Assembly: GCA_964635895.1 (NCBI GenBank)
Contig: CAZWQN010000001.1
Coordinates: 1 to 53,081 of the forward strand
Source of the DNA: an uncultured Thermotogae bacterium
GTDB taxonomy: Bacteria > Bipolaricaulota > Bipolaricaulia > UBA7950 > UBA9294
DNA length: 53,081 bases
Reading direction: 5' to 3'
Part shown: positions 47,529 through 53,081 of the stretch, piece by piece
Layout: each line of letters begins with the position of its first letter
Numbering within the stretch: position 1 is the stretch's first letter
Made by a program: the position numbers and the translations under genes
The notes under the pieces: generated by a model
What the model was told of the DNA's origin: nothing
The model's database searches: none
What the model saw: the letters and a program-made list of their open reading frames with translations, nothing else

Positions 47529-48692
47529 TCAGTCGAGCGCGTGCAGGCAGTCGGCGTACCCGGCCACCTCGAGATCCTCCTCAGCGATGAAGCGCAGCGC
47601 GGCGGAGTTGACGCAGTACCGCTTGCCGGTCGGCGCAGGGCCGTCATCGAACACGTGCCCCAGGTGGGAGTCGGCGTAGCGGCTGCGAACCTCGACGGCG
47701 GGGAAGAAGGCGGTTCGATCCTCGCGCGTCACCACGCTGCCCGGCTCGATCGGGCGGGTGAAGCTCGGCCAGCCGGTCCCGGAGTCGAACTTGTCGCGTG
47801 AGTCGAACAGCGGCTCGCCAGAGACAACGTCGACGTAGATCCCCGCCTCGTGGTGGTCCCAGTACTCGTTCTGGAACGGCGGCTCGGTCCCGTTCTCCTG
47901 CGTCACCGAGTACTGAAGCGGCGTCAGCGTCTGCCGCAGCTCCTCGGGCGACGGCTTCTGGAAGCCGATCCACGGCCGCTCGGGCGGAAAGAGCGACAGG
48001 CCCTCGAACCCCGCCCACGCCCGCTCGACGAACGCCGCTCGCCCCGTGCCCGCGCTGTACGCGCGGAAGTGCACTGCATTCTTCAGGTAGTAGTCCTGGT
48101 GGTACTCCTCCGCGGGGTAGAACGCGCCGGCGGGCAGGATCTGCGTCGCGAGCGGCTGGGCGAACACCCCGGCCGCTTCGAGCGCCCGCTTCGACGTCTC
48201 CGCCTGCTGCCGCTGTCCTTCGTCCCCGTAGAAGATGGCGGTGCGATACTGGCTGCCGCGGTCGTAGAACTGGCCGCCCGCGTCGGTGGGGTCGATGTGC
48301 CGCCAGAAGACCTCGAGGAGCTCCTTGTAGGAGATCTTCCCGGCGTCGTACCGCACGCGAATCGCCTCGAAGTGGCCGGTCGTACCCGTGCAGACCGCCG
48401 CGTAGGACGGGTTCTCAACCTCGCCGCCCGTGTACCCGGACACCACGTCGAGGACCCCCGGCAGCGGCTCGAAGATCGACTCCATGCACCAGAAGCATCC
48501 GCCCGCGAAGATCGCCTCTTCGATCGGGCCTCGGCCTTCGCTCGTCTTGTACATCTCGTCCTCCTGGGCGGCCGCGTCGCCCATCAGGCCGGCCTGCCAT
48601 CCGGTCAATGATGCCACCAACGCCGCACCTGCAACCGCGGTAACGGCGGCGCGAATCCGTGACCCACGCCTCGTGCCGTTCATCGTGTTCAT
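47529..48692 (-). CDS. msrAB: Bifunctional peptide methionine sulfoxide reductase MsrA/MsrB with an N-terminal export signal
   Basis: MsrA motif GGCFWCMES. MsrB motifs GTGWPSF and [10 protein letters not shown]-terminal [24 protein letters not shown] 48692 with AAAGGGGG RBS. Confidence 0.9.
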   Translation of the reverse strand: MNTMNGTRRGSRIRAAVTAVAGAALVASLTGWQAGLMGDAAAQEDEMYKTSEGRGPIEEAIFAGGCFWCMESIFEPLPGVLDVVSGYTGGEVENPSYAAVCTGTTGHFEAIRVRYDAGKISYKELLEVFWRHIDPTDAGGQFYDRGSQYRTAIFYGDEGQRQQAETSKRALEAAGVFAQPLATQILPAGAFYPAEEYHQDYYLKNAVHFRAYSAGTGRAAFVERAWAGFEGLSLFPPERPWIGFQKPSPEELRQTLTPLQYSVTQENGTEPPFQNEYWDHHEAGIYVDVVSGEPLFDSRDKFDSGTGWPSFTRPIEPGSVVTREDRTAFFPAVEVRSRYADSHLGHVFDDGPAPTGKRYCVNSAALRFIAEEDLEVAGYADCLHALD

Positions 48693-48846
48693 CGCCCCCT
48701 TTCGCCCGCCACAGAGCCTCACACCCATGGCCGGCCCGATTCGTGACCCCTTCTCACGTCACGGGAGGGAATACTGCGCCGGCGTGAACTGGAAGTGAAG
48801 AACCTTTGGGCTTTCAGCGTCATCCGGCCTGGGGCGCCGCCGCCTC

Positions 48847-48861
48847 CTAGTGTCGTGTCCC
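48847..48861 (-). repeat. Motif copy CTAGTGTCGTGTCCC (reverse complement GGGACACGACACTAG)
   Basis: Read directly. Related to the copies at 48945 and 49167. Confidence 0.7.
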
Positions 48862-48944
48862 GTTCGTAGCCGTGCGGAGGAGCCTGAGGCGGATCCGCCA
48901 TTGGGCGGAGCCTGCCGACATCGTTGTCCGTTCAGCGATTTCGA

Positions 48945-48968
48945 GGACGCGACACTAGCGTCGCGTCC
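48945..48968. repeat. Palindromic element GGACGCGACACTAGCGTCGCGTCC
   Basis: 9-bp stem GGACGCGAC/GTCGCGTCC. Contains the motif GGACGCGACACTAG. Confidence 0.75.
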
Positions 48969-49166
48969 TTCAAGTCTCTGAGCCGGCAAGCGCGCCGGCG
49001 GTCTTCGCCCACCGCAACGTCGGTTCTCTTGAGAACAACGCGTGATGTGCGCCGGTGACGTGGCCGTCACGTCGCTCTTCTGGGGAGATGCTGCGACGCC
49101 ATTGGTGCGTACCTGAGCGGGATGAGACAGCACCCCAATCCCACCCGATACGAGACATCACTAACA

Positions 49167-49180
49167 GGACGCGACACTAG
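49167..49180 (+). repeat. Motif copy GGACGCGACACTAG
   Basis: Exact 14-mer shared with 48945-48958. Confidence 0.75.
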
Positions 49181-49229
49181 CAGGTTCGGCTGCAGGATGG
49201 CTGCCGAGCACTGCGAGAGGTCTTCCCCG

Positions 49230-50585
49230 TCAGGGGATGATACGGACGGCCTTCGGGGCTCTGTCAGCCCTGGAAACGTCATAGACCGTGTCTATGTCGG
49301 CGGCTGTGAGCCCCCAGGGGTCGACGCCGAGGGGGACGTAGCCGCCTTCGACGGCGGTTTCGGCGAAGGCGTAGGTCTTGCCGCCGTACTGCCAGAAGCT
49401 GCGGTCGGGGTGCGCGGCGACAAACGACGGCTGGACGGGAACCCAGGCGATCATGTGGTCGGCGTAGCCGTCGCCGCTGGTGTCGACGGCGACCATCAGC
49501 GCACCGTGGCCGAGGGTCCGGACGAGGCTGGTGTAGAGGATGGCGGTGTCTTCGCAGTCGCCGATCTTGTCGACGAGCATCTCGACGGGGTAGCGGGGGT
49601 ACTCGTACCACAGGGGGTCGTAGACGTACTGAATGCAGTTCTGCACGAAGAACAGGGCGTTCTCAAGCTGTTCGTGGTAGTCGACGGAGTTGCCGACGAT
49701 CTCGGCGGTGACTTCTTCGAGGTACTCGTCGTCGAGCGGATCGAGGACGTATTCGTCGTAGTCTCTGTTCGCCCACGGGGTCCGTAGTTGTGACTTGTAG
49801 TAGCGGTACAGGTCGAGGGAGATGTCAAGATCGCAGGTCTCTTCCTCTCCGCCGTATTCCCACTCGTAGTGTCGGGCCACGGTCCCTGAGGAGTTGATCA
49901 CGTTCGCGATCTCGACACCGGTCGTCGCGGTCTGCTCGCCGCCGTCGTTGTCCTCGATCGTGAGAGAGACGGCGTACGTGCCCACGGCGGAGTATTGGTG
50001 GTACGCGTTGGCGCCCGTGCCCGCGGCTCCGTCCCCGAAGCTCCACTGGTATGACACGATCTCACCGTCGGGGTCGTACGACCCGTTTGCGCTGAATCGG
50101 ACGGTCTGTCGTGGATACGCCGGGGACGGAAAAACGGAGAGCGCGGCGACGGGAAGCTCGTTCGATCCACGAACGCGGATCTCTACGGACGCGGCGGTTC
50201 GCCCTCCGCGCTTGTCGGTCACGGTGAGGGTGGCTTCGTAGGTTCCGCCGACTGCGTAGGTGTGGTCGATCCGCGATCCCGTGCCCTCATCTCCGTCGTC
50301 GAAGTCCCACTCGTAGCGGCGAATCACGCCGTCGGGGTCGTAGGAGCCGGTGCCGTCAAACTCGACGGTGAGCGGCGCAAGTCCCTGGGTCGGCTCGGCC
50401 TCGATCTCCGCCACCGGGAGGGTGTTCGGGAAGAGGAAGCATCCGGCTGCCGCAGATGCTGTCGCAGCAAGCAAAGCTGCCGCACACACAGCTCTCAAGG
50501 TGACGCAAGCTCTGCTAACCGCACCCCCGTTCGACTCACGCTCGCGTGCCGACCTCCAAGACCTACAGCCCATAGCAGAGAGCAT
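49230..50585 (-). CDS. Lipoprotein with two PKD domains and a C-terminal transglutaminase-like cysteine protease domain
   Basis: Lipobox AAAGC. PKD units (VEFDGTGSYDPDG..YEWDFDDGD and VRFSANGSYDPDG..YQWSFGDG). Core motifs GDCEDTAILYTSLVRTLG (Cys) and ADHMIAWV (His). The start is uncertain (ATG 50585 or 50573). Confidence 0.82.
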   Translation of the reverse strand: MLSAMGCRSWRSARERESNGGAVSRACVTLRAVCAAALLAATASAAAGCFLFPNTLPVAEIEAEPTQGLAPLTVEFDGTGSYDPDGVIRRYEWDFDDGDEGTGSRIDHTYAVGGTYEATLTVTDKRGGRTAASVEIRVRGSNELPVAALSVFPSPAYPRQTVRFSANGSYDPDGEIVSYQWSFGDGAAGTGANAYHQYSAVGTYAVSLTIEDNDGGEQTATTGVEIANVINSSGTVARHYEWEYGGEEETCDLDISLDLYRYYKSQLRTPWANRDYDEYVLDPLDDEYLEEVTAEIVGNSVDYHEQLENALFFVQNCIQYVYDPLWYEYPRYPVEMLVDKIGDCEDTAILYTSLVRTLGHGALMVAVDTSGDGYADHMIAWVPVQPSFVAAHPDRSFWQYGGKTYAFAETAVEGGYVPLGVDPWGLTAADIDTVYDVSRADRAPKAVRIIP

Positions 50586-50969
50586 CAGGAGGATGGCCGC
50601 TCGCCTGTCCGTAGTCCGGGGTCCACGGTCGGCGGTCTGCGGCCGGCGATGAGCGGGGCACGCGCGTTCCGCCTGTTTGCTCTTCCGTCCCATGACGCGA
50701 ATAGGATGCGGGAGCACGGCCTCCGTGACAAGGGCACGGCGGGGTTCGTTGGGTTGCGGAATCGCTCCGTGGTCACGACCGATTGGCTGGGCTCGTGGCC
50801 TGTGGTGTGTGGCATGTGGAGACGGCGTTCGTTGAGTTTCGAGGCAGCCTGTCGCCGGTGGAAGGAACAACGGGCGGTCGCGCGGCGCCGTTCCCTTGAT
50901 CTACACACCACGCACCGTAGGCCGTGCTCCTGCCTTACAGTCGCAAGGCTACATGCTGCAGGCCATGCT

Positions 50970-52043
50970 CTACTCGACCAGGACGGTCGTCTCCCCCGTT
51001 CCGAGATCGACGCGGACAAGGCGGTGGCGGTCGTCGTCGGCTTCGAAGCCGAGGGCGAGCACGCCGACGCCGAGCCACGAGCAGATGGCGACGTCTTCGC
51101 TGCCGGCGACGGTGGCGGTCTCGCCGGAGGCGAGGTCGCGCACGACGACGCGGGGCACGTCGTCCTCCGCCGCGGCAGTGATGTAGGCAAGCGCGGCGCC
51201 GTCGGGCGAGAAGCAAGGGGCGATCCCGATCCGCGTGAGGCGGTCGCTCGTCGCTTCCCGCGTGTCGATCAGGTAGAGGGCCGGTACTTCGTCTTCGTGC
51301 ACCGGGTCGATGAGAACTTGGTCGTAGACGCAGAGGGCGACAAAACGGCCGCTGGGGTCGACGTCCCACAGGAAGCCGTGCGGAAGCAGCGAGTACGTCG
51401 ACAACGTCTGCTCGCTCCACACGAGCGACGCGACGGTCGCGCGGGGCTCGCCGTACTCCGCGAAGCGCACGACGCGGGCGAGGACGAGCGGGCCGACCTT
51501 CTCGGCGACGATGAGCGTCACCGTCTCACGGTCGGCGCCGAGGTGGAAGCCGACGACGTCCTCGGCCAGTCGTGAGCCTCCCCCGGTCGCCGGGTCGAGG
51601 CGCTCGAGAACGCCGAACGACTCGCCGGCGAGGCGAAGGACGAGGATGCCACCGTCGGCGGCGAACGCCGCTCGGACGATGGCGTCCTCGGACCGAAGCA
51701 CTTCCTTCGGCACGGCATCGGCGGCCGCAGCGACACGAAACAGGACCGAGTCGTACTCGGCGAACTCGTCGCCCTCGTCGAGGGTCGTGTACAGGATCTC
51801 GGCTCCGTCGCGCGACCAGTCGGCGACGCCACCGGGCCCGAAGAGCGTCGCGGCCGGGATCGAGACGAACTCATCTCCCCGGAGAACACAGAGGGTTCCC
51901 GTCTCGGCGAACAGCGCGTAGGCGCCGTCGTCCGCCAGGAACAGGGCGGCGTCGCCGGTCGGGCCGAGGACAGGCTGGTTCGCCGAGAAGAGACACCCCG
52001 CGAGAGACAAGACTCCCAACAGAAGAAGCGCGCGCGCCTTCAC
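50970..52043 (-). CDS. PD40/WD40-like beta-propeller lipoprotein (TolB-like repeats)
   Basis: GTG 52043 (VKARALLLLGVLSLAGC lipobox). Repeats containing WSRDG, DPSGRF, FSPDG. Confidence 0.7.
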   Translation of the reverse strand: MKARALLLLGVLSLAGCLFSANQPVLGPTGDAALFLADDGAYALFAETGTLCVLRGDEFVSIPAATLFGPGGVADWSRDGAEILYTTLDEGDEFAEYDSVLFRVAAAADAVPKEVLRSEDAIVRAAFAADGGILVLRLAGESFGVLERLDPATGGGSRLAEDVVGFHLGADRETVTLIVAEKVGPLVLARVVRFAEYGEPRATVASLVWSEQTLSTYSLLPHGFLWDVDPSGRFVALCVYDQVLIDPVHEDEVPALYLIDTREATSDRLTRIGIAPCFSPDGAALAYITAAAEDDVPRVVVRDLASGETATVAGSEDVAICSWLGVGVLALGFEADDDRHRLVRVDLGTGETTVLVE

Positions 52044-52292
52044 GGAATCAGTGTAGCGCAACGTGTCGCTTGGTGCGCAACACCGCAGGGCACGGCTCGG
52101 CAGCGTCACGTCCGGCGCGGGGTCACGGTTAAGGCTGTCGCGGTTGGCGAGGAGCGGCCGGGCGGCGGTCTCGCGCCGCTGCCTTGCTGCCGCCCGACAG
52201 CGAGGTGGCGTCGGAGCCTGTCCTAGCCTACTGGCGGACACACCCGGCGGCCGCGGCGGCCCGGAGAATGCCCGGACGCAGCGCGTCGGCCG

Positions 52293-52913
52293 TCACTCCC
52301 CTTCCCGCCGCTCGCGCGCCGACCACCTCTCGAGCGTTGCGAGACCGATCAGCGCCCGCGGCGGGGACTCGGAAAACATGAGCAAACGAATGGCTTCGAC
52401 GATCGATCGGATCTGCTCGGCGCCCGCACCGAGCCGGATGTCAAGCTCGTCGAGACGTCGCGTGAGTTCGATGTGCGAGGCGTGGATGCTCCGCAGCCGC
52501 ACGGAGGCTCGGACGAGGAACACGCTCATCTCAACGGCCCGAGGCGTTTCGAGGACGAAGGCGGCCATCATTGCCCCGCGCTCTGTGTAGACGAACGGCA
52601 GCAGCCGCTTGCGACGGTGCTTGTCATGCCGCGCTGTCGATTGGGCGGTCACCCTCCCGACTTCCTGCTCGCTGAGCTGGAAGACGAAGTCCTCCGGGAA
52701 GCGTCCCACATTCCGCCGAACGGCCTGATTGAGCGTGCGAGTGGCAACGCCGTACAAGGCGGCAAGGTCGGAGTCCAGAATCACTCTCGCGCCGCGAATC
52801 GCGCGGATCGTTGGCTTGGTGCGCCCGACCGGGACGGGACCGTGCGCCGTCGTAGAACGCTCCTCGCTCGAGGATGTGCCCGTCGACTCGCGTTCGCGGC
52901 CCTCGTGCCTCAT
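52293..52913 (-). CDS. ORF6N (KilA-N-like) domain-containing protein
   Basis: IRG.RVILDSDLAALYGV.T..LNQAVRRN..RFPEDFVFQL..E matches the ORF6N signature. Confidence 0.8.
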   Translation of the reverse strand: MRHEGRERESTGTSSSEERSTTAHGPVPVGRTKPTIRAIRGARVILDSDLAALYGVATRTLNQAVRRNVGRFPEDFVFQLSEQEVGRVTAQSTARHDKHRRKRLLPFVYTERGAMMAAFVLETPRAVEMSVFLVRASVRLRSIHASHIELTRRLDELDIRLGAGAEQIRSIVEAIRLLMFSESPPRALIGLATLERWSARERREGE

Positions 52914-52980
52914 GATGCCTATGATGTTACCCTATGTTCCCCTCATGGGCAACTGGAGCGACGTACGAGCCGCTCCGCGG

Positions 52981-53009
52981 TTGACTGGCGATGCATGTCT
53001 CTCTACGCT
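52981..53009 (+). promoter_or_regulatory. Sigma70-like promoter candidate
   Basis: TTGACT (52981-52986), 17-nt spacer, TACGCT (53004-53009). Followed by the AAGGGGG RBS and ATG 53041. Confidence 0.4.
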
Positions 53010-53040
53010 CGCGACATCTCGGAAACGCAAGGGGGCAAGC

Positions 53041-53081
53041 ATGCAAGGGTACCGTGCCGGTCTTGCGGTCGCCATCGCGGC
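53041..53081 (+). CDS. 5' fragment of an unknown gene running off the window
   Basis: ATG preceded by AAGGGGGCAAGC. Only 13 codons are visible (MQGYRAGLAVAIA). Confidence 0.3.
   Translation, partial: MQGYRAGLAVAIA

Noticed and set aside
48729-49229. tmRNA, RNase P RNA, SRP RNA or 6S RNA in the 500-bp gap
   Set aside because: I did not see a tRNA-like 3' end, an RNase P conserved region or the SRP domain IV motif.
52293-52913. Calling a prophage on the basis of the ORF6N gene
   Set aside because: This is a single domain hit, with no integrase, structural or lysis genes visible in the window. It is reported only as a hint.

Overview
GC-rich (roughly two-thirds G+C by eye, not computed), densely packed bacterial chromosomal segment with about 50 genes. 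At least eight gene junctions use 4-nt ATGA/GTGA start-stop overlaps. Bacterial origin is supported by an initiator tRNA with a C1xA72 mismatch, GGAGG-type ribosome binding sites, lipoboxes and a GGDEF protein. The window opens with a six-tRNA cluster. Recognisable housekeeping genes follow: a TrmY-like SPOUT methyltransferase, pcm, threonine aldolase, uvrB-uvrA, acylphosphatase, nucleoside hydrolase, prolyl aminopeptidase, msrAB and ABC/MFS/EamA transporters. An unusually large share of the genes encode predicted lipoproteins or secreted proteins: PKD arrays, PKD-caspase, PKD-transglutaminase-like, two DOMON-like paralogs, a beta-helix protein, a PPC-repeat protein and beta-barrel-like proteins. 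The most distinctive element is a complete REPtron at 39.8-40.7 kb, a RAYT-type Y1 transposase flanked by inverted copies of a 25-nt palindromic REP. At least eight more REP/REPIN copies lie in intergenic DNA at 44.4-45.5 kb, and a related palindromic motif family lies at 48.8-49.2 kb. I saw no rRNA, CRISPR/cas, phage structural genes or recognisable defence system. All protein calls rest on motif recognition by eye, no similarity search was run, and start codons were chosen from RBS and signal-peptide context. The many long Arg/Pro/Gly-rich ORFs antisense to real genes are treated as high-GC artefacts.
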